From contig NMRA01000370.1 of the NCBI GenBank assembly GCA_002633005.1, positions 310,001 to 374,000 on the forward strand: a stretch of DNA of 64,000 nucleotides, written 5' to 3'. The notes under the pieces were generated by a model. That model worked only from the letters and a program-made list of their open reading frames with translations, searched no databases and was not told the origin of the DNA. The stretch is from Phoronis australis (taxonomy: Eukaryota; Animalia; Phoronida). Numbering within the stretch: the stretch's first letter is position 1; every line of letters starts with the position of its first letter. Position numbers and translations under genes: made by a program. Below, piece by piece: positions 37,726-50,017 of this stretch.

Positions 37726-39246
37726 TTCTACTTATTAAAAAAGACTTGTACCAGTCGTTGAATTAGTATGCAAAACTAATTTGTCAAATTCTGAGCATTC
37801 CCTTTCCGGCCGAGCTTAGAGCAGTAACTCTTGCCCTATTTACCTCAGGTCATTATGTGCACAGTTTAGAGTAATTTTCCATTTATTTCGTACACTCACC
37901 TATTTCACACGCTCAAAATTATTTGGGAAATAATATTTTGTCCCCCACTTATTTTGCACATAAAAGGCTATTTGGTGGGAATTTGCTGCCTCACATAATT
38001 CGCACGAAGTCAGTTTTGTCCTTTGGAAAATATGGAGACAAAGCCCTGTCATTAATCCTAGTAATACACACCTTTTTAACTGTGTTAATAAGGTCTGAGC
38101 ACTGTATATTCACCACTTAATTCATCAAATCATTTATGATATCTCATGCTGTTGTGAACATGAGGAGATAGGGATTATCCAGATGAGTATCCCATGAATC
38201 TTGCTACAAACTGTGTTTCATCAACAACAGGGTTAGGAGCAGGACAACGTAGCTTTATTACTGTCAATGAGACCAAATTAGGGACCCACAGGGCACATTT
38301 CGTTACCTTCGCCCATCAGGGAAGTTGGCAATGCTTGATTACTTAGTTCATTTTGCACACCCCTGCATTACAAAGTACGTATTAGCTTATTTTTTTAAAG
38401 ATAACTGTACTCCTCCTGAAAGCGAACGTTATGTCCATGTTGTAATTCCAACTCAGTTGAAGATGAGGTGCTTTTTATATTTGCTTTCCAAAAGACCTGC
38501 TCAGCAGAAACGCACACCAGTTAAACATTTAACAAATATCCAAATAGTACACAATTTCACTTTCCTGACATGCTTCGAGGTGCTGGTTCTTGTACCTTTA
38601 AGAATACGGAGTGCATTAGTCAAAACAAGTCAGGAAAATGTTGTGTACTATTTGCTATTTATTATAGTTAATTGTTCAATATACTATTCACTTGAGGTAA
38701 ATTTATTTCTTTATATCTCTCCATGTGTCAGTTTTTTTACTATAACAGCATAGAAACATTAAAACGATTAGTTTCCACATTTCCCTTGACAATTTGCCAA
38801 CTTTGATAAGTTAACATACCAGTATAGATACTTGATTTGGTAATCACCATTATGTCTCATTTTCAAGTGACAAATAAGCTCAATCCAGGCCAAGTACATT
38901 TTGTTATTACAATTCATATGTTGTTGACATCATACACTGAAAAACAACCTACTTGTCACTGTAATAAATAAGCACAATTAATTCCTGATACTATCATATA
39001 TACACACTTATTAGTTACAACAATTCCTGGGCTCGTTTTACCAAACAGGTTGTAAGCTAAGATGGTCACAGATAGGTTATTGCGAATAGCGTACTTTTGC
39101 AAGAGCGAAACATTACTATTGACGTAAACCACGACTGTAGTCCACACTCGGGTTTCATGCCCACCATCATAAATCACATTAATAAACTGTTTGCAAATAA
39201 AATTGCAAGATACCCCAGAGTACTAACTGTTACGTGACACATGGTC

Positions 39247-39691
39247 CAGTGCCCGGTTGCATGAAACAGTCCAAAATAGGGACTGAACTATACGTTCCCT
39301 AAATCTACTGCGCATTTTTGGACTTGCGGAAACACCGATTGCACTTTCTTTTATTGTTTTAGTTTCATTACCAAGTAAACTTTTGACTTTGATACAAAGC
39401 GGGAGTAAACTCTACGTTTAATTGTCAATATTATCGAAAATAATTAGGAATCTTTTCATGCAACATCCCCAATTTAAGGACTGAGTCCCTATTTATTTTC
39501 AATGAACTCTGGGCTCAGTTTTTAGTAATATTATTAGAAAATGTCATAAATCAAAGAGAAGCTCATAATAAAGGTGAAATGATAAGAAAAATATTGCATC
39601 TGTGAGTCCATAAAGATACAATATGCAAAAAAGACTTAGGGAGTCCTTAGTTGAGTCCCTATTTGGGACTGTTTCACGCAACCGGCCACTG
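39247..39691. mobile_element. PIF/Harbinger-like MITE
   Basis: About 45-bp TIRs, cagtgcccggttgcatgaaacagtcc...ggactgtttcacgcaaccggccactg, with CAG/CTG outer triplets. Confidence 0.78.
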
Positions 39692-39875
39692 AAGTACTAT
39701 AAGACTTGCCTAAATTTTCTAGAATCTTTTAGCGCAAATGTAATATGCTAAAGCTGCTTTTGCCACGCTTAGCAGGCTAAAAATGAACTTTAAACTATGC
39801 TTTTATACGTGTGATTTTATTACAGAGGACTAAGTGCACCCCAGTATTTCTACGAGGTCAAACACACAAATATAT

Positions 39876-40041
39876 ATAGGTTATTCCACATACATAGGAA
39901 TACTACTGCCATATCCTGTCTCAAATTCAATTCTTCTAGGAATGTCCCAAAGTGACCAAAGGTCGAGTCGGGATATTTCCAGATGAAATGAATTCGAGAT
40001 ACGATACCTCAGTAGTATTCCTATGTATGAAGAATAACCTA
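39876..40041. repeat. About 165-bp imperfect palindrome (MITE-like hairpin)
   Basis: ataggttattccacatacataggaatactactg pairs with cagtagtattcctatgtatgaagaataacctat, and the inner arms also pair. Confidence 0.82.
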
Positions 40042-42544
40042 TTCACCCCATGTATATGAACTTAGTTGCATCTTGGCGACAATATCTCGTTGGCATGTGC
40101 TTCCGTTTTATATCACATGGAGTCACCGAAACATTATCTATCCCACACCGACAAGATTATCTGTGAAAGTGTTGAATAACCAGAAATGTTTTATTTCAAA
40201 ACAAAACAAATTGGTAAGAATTTTCAGTTTGTGAAATATACAAGTTAAAGCACTGACCCGTACAATAATATCAAGTTTGTCAGAAACTTAGAAACAATCC
40301 ACCCAGGAATATAAAAATTGAAACATAAAAACACAGAACAGTTGTGCAGCATTGCGTCATTTCTAAGCTTCCTTGGTCTATTTTCGTGTCTTCGCCACTG
40401 TACTGTAAATAACAATAGATACATTTCCCCGAGTTGATCACAGCACTGGGAAATAACGGTGGAAACTGTACTGATTTGCTGAACTTGAGGTTAGGACTGT
40501 ATCGCAAAAAGCAGATTTTACGCTACCAGCGAGGGAGAGTTGAGGAACGCTGCCAGTAGACGATCAGTAAAAAACACATACTTGATACTAAGGTCGCAAT
40601 TTCCTGTAAACACCTTAGCTCTTGGTTTAGATATAGTGTGCATCCATAATGAAATGTTTTCGTTGGATTTACGTATATTAGATACTAAAGCGCAACTATT
40701 CTTTACACACTTAGCTCACAATCCAAACTCGGTCAGCTTGGGATAAAAACTCCATTTTCTAGTTATTATATGGGTTGGAGCACAAACTGCCAGAATTGGA
40801 TGTGATGTACAGTATGCACTGGGCGATTATCGAAAAAACACCCTTAACATTCAACATTCATTTGTTAAGCAGTGTTCAGACAAACTAAACCTGGTTGTAA
40901 CTCTTCCACAGTTGTAACTATTACGTAATCACTACCTTTCACACCAACACATAACACTGTAGGGTTTTTACTCACACCAATAAGTAGCTCAGTGTGATCG
41001 TTTCCGATGACGTTAACACCAGCGCCACCTACAGACAGAATTACAACTTTTACAACTGCTTTGCTCATGCTGACTGAACGATCATAATCTCTCGCTAAAC
41101 CAATGTCACAGAGGATTATAACCGCACTACAGATACTTTAAAAATGGTTTCAAAGAGTTCAGATCAAGAGTTACTACCTTTAAATTGGTTTTAAAACTTA
41201 TAATCACTTTGGTGCAACCAGGGTATAAGAGTATAAAGATGAAATATAGTAAATACACCACCTGTTCGTTGGTGAAGCAAATATACACAAAATGGGTAAT
41301 TTACAGGAAAAATACTCTCAAATGATAGGCCCAGCACCTGCTGTTTTGCCAGAGCAAATTGAACTAAATTAAATTTACAGATGTCAACTTTGGACATGAC
41401 CTATTAAAAATATTGTTTGCTCTAGTTTGTTTTGAGGACCATGACCACATGAACCCTTAAGGTGTCCATAAACCCAGCCTTCAACCATAATACCAACGAC
41501 TGACTTTGACCACTTACTCCTATGAAATTGGAGTCAAATTGTTCCAATGGGAATGACTCAGGGCTTCCAAACAACTGGTTATTCCTTCAGACCAAGGTTA
41601 CAAAATTTCAGGTCACAAGGTGACGATGTGACCTGACATTTTATGACCTTAGTCTGAAGAAACAACAAGCTGTCAGTCCCACCCCCCCCAACACAAAGAT
41701 CACTGCTGAACTGAGTAAGGAACAACATATAAGATCAATTTATAACACTAGATGGCCTAAATCAAAAGATGAATCTTGACAGAAAGCAATAGGTATAATG
41801 TCACTTTAAATACTGACGTTATGCGAAATTCTTCAACTGGCCTTGAAAATACTCAGTTCTGATATGTTAAACTCATCAAGTTGAGTTTCTGGGAATTGTA
41901 AAACTATTCGAGGTGAGCTCTGAGGTACATTTGGGGAATAGTTCAATAGAGGAGTGAAGGCCAATAGCTGGTGAGGTGTCAGTAGGTAACTAGACACTCA
42001 TCCATCACAATTTGAGAGAAATTAACTGGAAATGAAATGTCCAGGGGCTTTCTATCATTCACTTAACTGCATGAGCCCCAGCATGTAGCAGCCTACTAAT
42101 GGCTGACAGACAGAAGTGCACCAAAAATGCATTTTGGATTGCATTATGCACTTAGTGGAGCGCCAGTAATTTGCAGCAATTTCATTCAATAAGAGGGCTA
42201 GTTATCTAAATGGAAAAGAAGCAAATTAAATTGTCGGCAAAAATCATGCCACACTTCTGGATATCCATTACTCTAGTAAGATTAAAGATGACGATTCGCG
42301 GAAAAACCATTTAATGAAAGCCTGGATGGGAGAACTAGAAACACACCGAATTACACGGGTTTTGATCATAAATGCAATTTTCAGTTTCCGCTTGAGTGGC
42401 ACATCACCACTCCCTGAGCAACACTGTGCTCGGTTTGTACTGAGCATTGCTGGGTTTGTAACAGCCAGGGCACCGCAGAATATTGATATGCACCCACAGT
42501 GTGCATCGCATCGCATATAGCGCACATACTAAATGGAGCAATGC

Positions 42545-44060
42545 TCGTAAACTTAACATAGCATCTAGGGGTGCAAGCAGGCCCATAAAAAACTGGCACT
42601 GGAGGCACAGTCGTAGTCAGATACGTCAAAACATCATCTGTTGCCGTGTTCTTAGAAATGCACTTGTCAAATTTCATAAAGATCTAGCAGGGAGAAAGTG
42701 CTGAGGATGCAAAAAAATGCAAAAGTGCCACTAGGAAGCGCAACAGTAGTCAAACTGTCCAGAAATCGTTAACAATACTCTTCCCACTAGGAACACAGAC
42801 ACCAATTTTCATAAAAATTCTTAGAGTGCTTTGGCCGATAGAGAGGTAAACAGCTAAAAACAAACGGACTAAAACATAATAAAAACTGGTCATTGGGAGG
42901 CGCACATAAATCCATCTGAAAACAAAAAGGTGTTATCGCCTCATTAATAGAAGCCAGAGTATTTGCTAAATTTCATAAAAATCCACCACGGAACTCCAAA
43001 GATAAAGGAAACTGGAGAAAAATAAATTGCCACAAGGGGGCACAGTTGGAGTCAGAACCATCCAAACGTCGTCATCATCCGTTGAGTGAAACCTTCATAC
43101 AAACATCCTTGCCAAATTTAACGATCTTGCAGAGGATTTAGGAGATGCAGCCACAACCGCAATGAAAACAGAACCACAGCAGTCAACAATGTCCAAAAAT
43201 CTTCGTCACATGTCCTCTTCCCATTGAGAAGATATGTGTCAATTTTCATAATCATCTAGGAGTGGTTTGGCTGACAGAGAGTCGGGCACCAAAAATAAAT
43301 TACAAATAATAAAAACAGCCACTAGGTGGCGTGCCCTACTTCAAATCCATCGGAAAACATAAAAATATCATCGCTTCGTTAAAAATAGTCTATTCACCAA
43401 ATTTCATAAAAACCTATCCTCGAACTCTAAAGAAATAGAGGAAAACGGAAAAAATAAAATTGCCACTACGGGAACAACAGTTGCTACATTCGTCCAAAAG
43501 TCTGTCACTTGACTTGTCTGACTCTCATGACTTGCCATATTTAACAAAGATCCAGCAGAGGGTTTAGGAGATACAGCCATGCATGAAAAAAAACTGCCAC
43601 TAGGAGGAGCCACGGTAGTCAGAGCTATATGAAAATCATCTTCAGCCGTCCTCTAAATCCCAGTAGGAACATATCAGTCAATATTTATAATCATCCTTAC
43701 AGTGATTTGGCCTATACAGGGGCAGATGGCAAAAACAGACGAAAACAGTAAAAAAGGCCACTAGGTGGTGCAAAATGAGTTGTTCGCTTGAAAACATGAA
43801 GGTGGCGTGATCTTCTTGAGAGATACCGGTTTGCCAAATTTCATCAAAATCTCTTAAGGAACCCCAAAGATACAGAGGCAAACATAATAAAAAACTAAAA
43901 TTGCCACTAAGGGCACACTAGTAGTGGGATCAGTCCAAAAATTCACTCATAATGTCGTATCCATAACTGCAAAATTTCATGAACATACAATTCAAGGGGT
44001 TTTGGAGATACAACAGCTGAGACACCGGATGGACAGACAGTGATAATGGCATAATGTCAT
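42545..44060 (+). mobile_element. Helentron-associated/pearl-like element with a tandem core array (about 145-bp monomers)
   Basis: About 10 diverged units, each with (c)caaatttcat and aaaa..gccactagg.ggc.c, end in gacaccggatggacagacag. Related pieces lie at 13560-13945, about 52330-52505 and 54590-55150. The family assignment is inferred from architecture. Confidence 0.6.
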
Positions 44061-46679
44061 GAATGTCCATGAATTTCTTCAAAATGCGACTAGCTTTGTA
44101 AAAGTTATGGCAAAATCCAGAAGGAAAGATATCTAAAAAACTAAGTTTGGAAAAGTGAAAATTTAATTATTTTACAGAATATCAGCTTGCACTAAATTTT
44201 AGGCAATACTGACGAATCAGGTCATATTTGAGAAATATGATGAACACCAAAACTGCCCAAATTGCCACATTGATTTTTTCTTGCTTTGATATAATTTCCG
44301 TCATTCACAGATATTTCAAGTGGATTTTATGAATGAACCATTTGGCTATCTCATTAAAAACAATCTTATATCTACAGCATGATGTCCTAACAGCGAACTG
44401 TTTGTAGCATAGAAAATTTGTCTATCAACAGCTAACGCCACCTGAAGGTGAAAGCAGTGAGTCATACACTTTGAGCAAGTGTATTAGAAGACATAGAATC
44501 TAATTTTGGACTTTTATTTAACTGGCCACTAAGTGGTCCAAATCAAAGCTTCTTCGACCAAACAAGGGTTAATGCTGCATAAAGCAGGGCAGCTCTTAAC
44601 AAGTGTATCTTCATACAAAGATCCATTAGGTCTTTTAAGAATACTTCCTCTGCCTCACAGGAAAACTACAGGACACATGTCAAGGCTAAAACAACAAACT
44701 GTTTAAATGTGATTGATTTACTTGCCAACAGATTCTATTTTGATGAAAAAAGATAAAAAAAAAACAACTTCCAAGCAAGTCTGATACAAACAAAACCAAT
44801 AATTGTGGTAAGCAAAGTGTCAAAAGGGGTTGCTATAAACCCATTAAATAACAATTTCCCTAAAGAACTTCTAAACAATTGGGGCAATTTTTCTTGCTTT
44901 GTGTATCTGAAACAATAGGCGGTAAAACACAGATATTTTTTGCAGGGAAAAGAGTTGATTAGAGTGAAGCTTGACAGAGATCTTAAGAACAGAAAAGGCT
45001 TTACGATACCTAGTAAAGTCACATAATATCAAACCACAGCACAACTGTGCAGTATTTACACTAGATTAATACAGAAGATTTGTGTAACTGGTGACAACTG
45101 CTCCTTGAAATTTAGCTGTCAGTGACAACATGCACATTTGCTATGGAATAACAGTAAACCTTCAGACTAGAAAATCGCTGGCAAGCGAAACTCACATTAA
45201 AGTCAGTTAATGAGCTCATTATCGATGCTAAGATAAAATCATTGAATTAAGAAATTTCCTAATGACTAACGACATGAAAATTAAGAAATAAAAAGTCAAT
45301 ACAGAATAGGCTAGCCTTTGGCATGAACATTTGACTGAGTCTAGTTTCTGACCCAATCATGTAGTTTCCTGCTTGTCCAATAGATACCGCCACCTCATAG
45401 ACCAAGTGCAACTCTCAGGGAACAGGGGGTTGAGTGACAACAAAATCAAGTGGAAAGTCAGGGGTTTGAAAAATACTGTTTGTCTAATTTACTTGGTTAC
45501 AGACAATACAGAAAATTCTAAAGTTTGGAACAATGAAAAATTAGTTATTTTCTTCTAAATTAGAGCTTGTACAAACTTTTGCAAATAGCGCGCATGGTTA
45601 AGTTTCCCTCAAAATACAATTTCCTCAAGAGGATGGCTAAGAGCAAAAATGACAGGTAATTACTATTAAGGGCATAAAATTCTAAGCTTAGCCACCTAAC
45701 TAAATGTCCTAGTAATTCCTCATCATAAGTCATCGGGAATGGCTCAAGTTGCTGCTGTTACCATGGTGACTTTTGGGTCATTTTGTCTGAATACACTTGG
45801 GTATGCTATAGGCAATGTCCCAAATTGTAGAATTAGAATCAACGACAAATGATCATTCACCTCAATGTTACGCACCATAGGGCCCCTATTTTCTAAGATT
45901 TCAAGAACAGCCAAGTCTATTCAGACTTTGTAACGATACAAAACACAATGCTGTTATTTCGGAAATATCATGAATTACAAAAATTGCCGATCTGTGCCAG
46001 TCTTCAGGGTGAATCGACAAAATTAGATTTCAATTTGAATTTCCATGTCCCAAGTTTTAGAGACTATTCCTAACTAGAGATTTGTTACTGTGATCCTGTG
46101 TAGATGCATTCACAATGATATGTGATGCTGTTGCAATAACAAATGCTGTGTTATGTTATGTTATGTTACAATAACATTACAAAGCATTACAATAACATAA
46201 CAAAAGGTCAAGTTACGAAATGGCTTTTGGCTAGGATCAAAGTGGGATGTTGCAGCCAAGTTAACAAGTAGTTAGGGAGATTCACTTATTGAATACACTG
46301 TCCTGTCAGATGCCTAATGATTCGCAGCATTTATGAGGGGAAAAGAGTAGAGCTATAAAAAATGTCAAATATCACTAGATATTAGAATACAGTTGTCAGC
46401 CAATCCAAAAACCAGCTGCCGATACCAACCGACTTGAATATAACTCAAATGTTTGTGTCAAACATACTGGCCAACAATATTCACGCACAGATGGCATTAA
46501 TTCATAACCAGTAGCGCCATTTCCTCCTTATTGCAATAATTCTTCACTTACTTCGCACAAAACTAAATGAAAAAATTTATTTTTTTTATTTTTCAAAGGT
46601 CCATTACTTTACTGAAAATAATAAAAACTTTACCGAACGTTACCTTAATTGACATCTAAACACCATAAGCAACACTAAT

Positions 46680-49600
46680 AATAGAAACCTGCACTATAAT
46701 GAGTCCCCATGGAGCAAAATGCAAAAATCGTAAAGTTTACGACATGAATAATGCATTTACGCAGATTGCAGATTACCGCTATCGTTAACCGGTGGCTCTA
46801 GAAAGGCATTAATCCATCTCCTTGGTGTTCTTGAGGAAATAATTGCATGTGAACAATAGAAATGCAGTTTAACCAATCACAATGCCAATTACAACCTCGT
46901 TCAAAATGCGTGATCAACTCAGCACGTGCCCAACAGATACATTTAGGTTTAGAAGACGGGAAACAATTTGACTGAGACACCAGTCAACATGGTCAGGAAG
47001 TGATGTTTACCATAGGCCTGTGTCCTCAGTGATTCAGGGACTGGGCTTTTAAAAATCATAGGGGTAATAAAACAATTGTTTTCTCAGCCAGGACCATAAA
47101 CCTTTTATTAAGCTGTTTCATTATACAGTCCAACTGGGACAGTTGTATAACTAAAAGCAGAGTTCACAAAGAAGTACTTTCACTGACCTTGCATGTGCGC
47201 ACCCAGCCTAAAATATAAGGGGGCTAAAATTTGTCGGTATGCGGACCTTTTACTGAAAAAAAACAGCAAGGACTAAAAAAATGGGGCCACTAGGTTCAGG
47301 CCTGGGAATTGTGCATCCGCGCCGGATTCCTGTGGACTTTTGTCCCGTTTACTCAGACTTTTTGTTTCACTGAGGTGGACCTTTTTGCTCAATTCGCCAA
47401 ATTGGGGGTCTCGTTCAAGCCCCTCCAACCTGGGTGCGCCCATGCCTTGCATGGCAATTTCAATATTGCTGTGTGAACAACACTGTTGATTTACAATGGT
47501 TTGCAAAATTCTAAACCACTATGCAAACGTTACCCTGTCCAAGCTCAAAATGAATGACTTAGGAAAGCTTGTGGCACACGATTAAAATAGAAGTACAATA
47601 CTAATGTTTGACAAAATATAATCACTTCAATATTACACTTAACCGCCCATCCCCTACTTTAGGTAGATTTTCGATTTAACCGTTCACTGCTCGGTATAAA
47701 CGCCCCTCTGCAATTTCTGAAGATTTCCAGTTAAGCGTCCACCTGTCGGTTAAGTGCCCATCCCCAACTTTTGAAGATTGATGCCTACGCGCCCTGTAAT
47801 AAGGAAACGCGTGATTACCCATTTTTAGATAAAAATTGATAACAAAGAGTCAGCAACGACAGCGTCAAAGACGGTGGTTCGGCAATGTGAATTATAATAC
47901 AAGTAACAAATTATTGTCCCAGGTCATGGATTTGTTTCAAAATGTAATACTTTGAACGCTTTGTCACTTTATTTTCTTCCCATGATTGCAAAAGTGAGAA
48001 CCCGCCAGCTTCAATACCTACGATTTCAGCGAAGCCATCCAGCCACGCTAAGTTTAGTCTGCAGTGCTCAAGTTAAAACATATATTCAAAAAAAATAAAG
48101 CCAGATAAATGTGACAGTGGTCTTACCAACACTCCTAATTTGCTTTAGGTGGGAAGCTCTCGGAGTTTGAAGTAACCTTAACTTTGTGAATATTGTTTCC
48201 ATCTATAATTTAGCCCTCCCGAGTAATTTTGTTTCTTCATTGGCGAGTTTCAGCCGGAACAAAATACTTCCCATTGGTGTCTGAAATATCTATGATGTAG
48301 GCTGACTGAAAATTGGCAGTAGTGGGGCAGGGGATGAACCCCNAATAGAAACCTGCACTATAATGATTCCCCATGGAGCACAATGCAAAAATCGTAAAGT
48401 TTACGACATGAATAATGCATTTACGCAGATTGCAGATTACCGCTATCGTTAACCGGTGGCTCTAGAAAGGCATTAATCCATTTCCTTGGTGTTCTTGAGA
48501 AAATAATTGCATGTAAACTATAGAAATGCAGTTTAACCAATCACAACGCCAATTACAACCTCGTTCAAAATGCGTGATCAACTCAGCGCGTGCCCAACAG
48601 ATACGTTTAGGTTTAGAAGACGGGAAACAATTTGACTGAGACACCAGTCAACATGGTCAGCAAGTGATGTTTACCATAGGCCTATGGACTGGAGGTCACA
48701 GGCTTTAATATGAACTCACACTGTGTCTTCAATGCTTCAGGGACTGGGCTATTAAAAATCATAGGGGTAATAAAACAATTGTTTTCTGAGCCAGGATCAT
48801 AAACCTTTTATTAAGCTGTTTCATTATACAGTCCAACTGGGACAGTTGTATAACTAAAAGCAGAGTTCACAGTACTTTCACTGACCTTGCATGCGTGCAC
48901 CCAGCCTAAAATATAAGGGGGCTCAAATTTGTCAGTATGCGGACATTTTACTAAAAAAACAGCAAGGACTAAAAAAATGGGGCCACTAGGTTCAGGCCTG
49001 CGAATTGTGCATCCGCGCCGGATTCCTGTGGACTTTTGTCCCGTTTACTCAGACTTTTTGTTTCACTGAGGTGGACCTTTTTGCTCAATTCGCCAAATTG
49101 GGGGTCTCGTTCAAGCCCCCCCCCCCCCNTTGCATGTCAATTTCAATATTGCAGTGTGAACAACACTCAATGGTTTGCAAAATTCTAAACCACTATGCAA
49201 ACGTTACCCTGTCCAAGCTCAAAATGAATGACTTAGGAAAGCTCGTGGCACACGATTACAATAGAAGTCCAATATTAACGTTTGACAAAGTATAATCACT
49301 TCAACATTACACTTAACCGCCCATCCCCTACTTTAGGTAGATTTTCGATTTAACCGTTCACTGCTCGGTATAAACGCCCCTCTGCAATTTCTGAAGATTT
49401 CCAGTTAAGCGTCCACCTGTCGGTTAAGTGCCCATCCCCAACTTTTGAAGATTGATGCCTACGCGCCCTGTAATAAGGAAACGCGTGATTACCCATTTTT
49501 AGATAAAAATTGATAACAAAGAGTCAGCAACGACAGCGTCAAAGACGGTGGTTCGGCAATGTGAATTATAATACAAGTAACAAATTATTGTCCCAGGTCA

Positions 49601-50017
49601 TGGATTTGCTTCAAAATGTAATACTTTGAACGCTTTGTCACTTTATTTTCTTCCCATGATTGCAAAAGTGAGAACCCGCCAGCTTCAATACCTACGATTT
49701 CAGCGAAGCCATCTAGCCACGCTAAGTTTAGTCTGCAGTGCTCAAGTTAAAACATATATTCAAAAAAAAATAAAGCCAGATAAATGTGACAGTGGTCTTA
49801 CCAACACTCCTAATTTGCTTTAGGTGGGAAGCTCTCGGAGTTTGAAGTAACCTTAACTTTGTGAATATTGTTTCCATCTATAATTTAGCCCTCCCGAGTA
49901 ATTTTGTTTCTTCATTGGCGAGTTTCAGCCGGAACAAAATACTTCCCATTGGTGTCTGAAATATCTATGATGTAGGCTGACTGAAAATTGGCAGTAGTGG
50001 GGCAGGGGATGAACCCC
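46680..50017. repeat. 1.66-kb near-identical tandem duplication split by N48343 (probable uncollapsed haplotypes)
   Basis: 46680-48342 and 48344-50017 both start aatagaaacctgcactataatga and end ggggatgaacccc, differing by scattered SNPs and indels. Confidence 0.93.

Noticed and set aside
38325-38753. 142-aa ORF (and the similar 140-aa ORF at 56863-57285)
   Set aside because: Both have non-ATG starts, the composition of translated AT-rich non-coding DNA, and no motifs.
40865-41068. Val/Gly-rich 67-aa ORF as a possible exon
   Set aside because: No recognisable family, no convincing splice sites, and no partner exons.
46798-48644. Duplicated 60-aa small-protein genes
   Set aside because: They are chance ORFs inside a gap-flanking haplotype duplication, with a non-ATG start and no recognisable domain.
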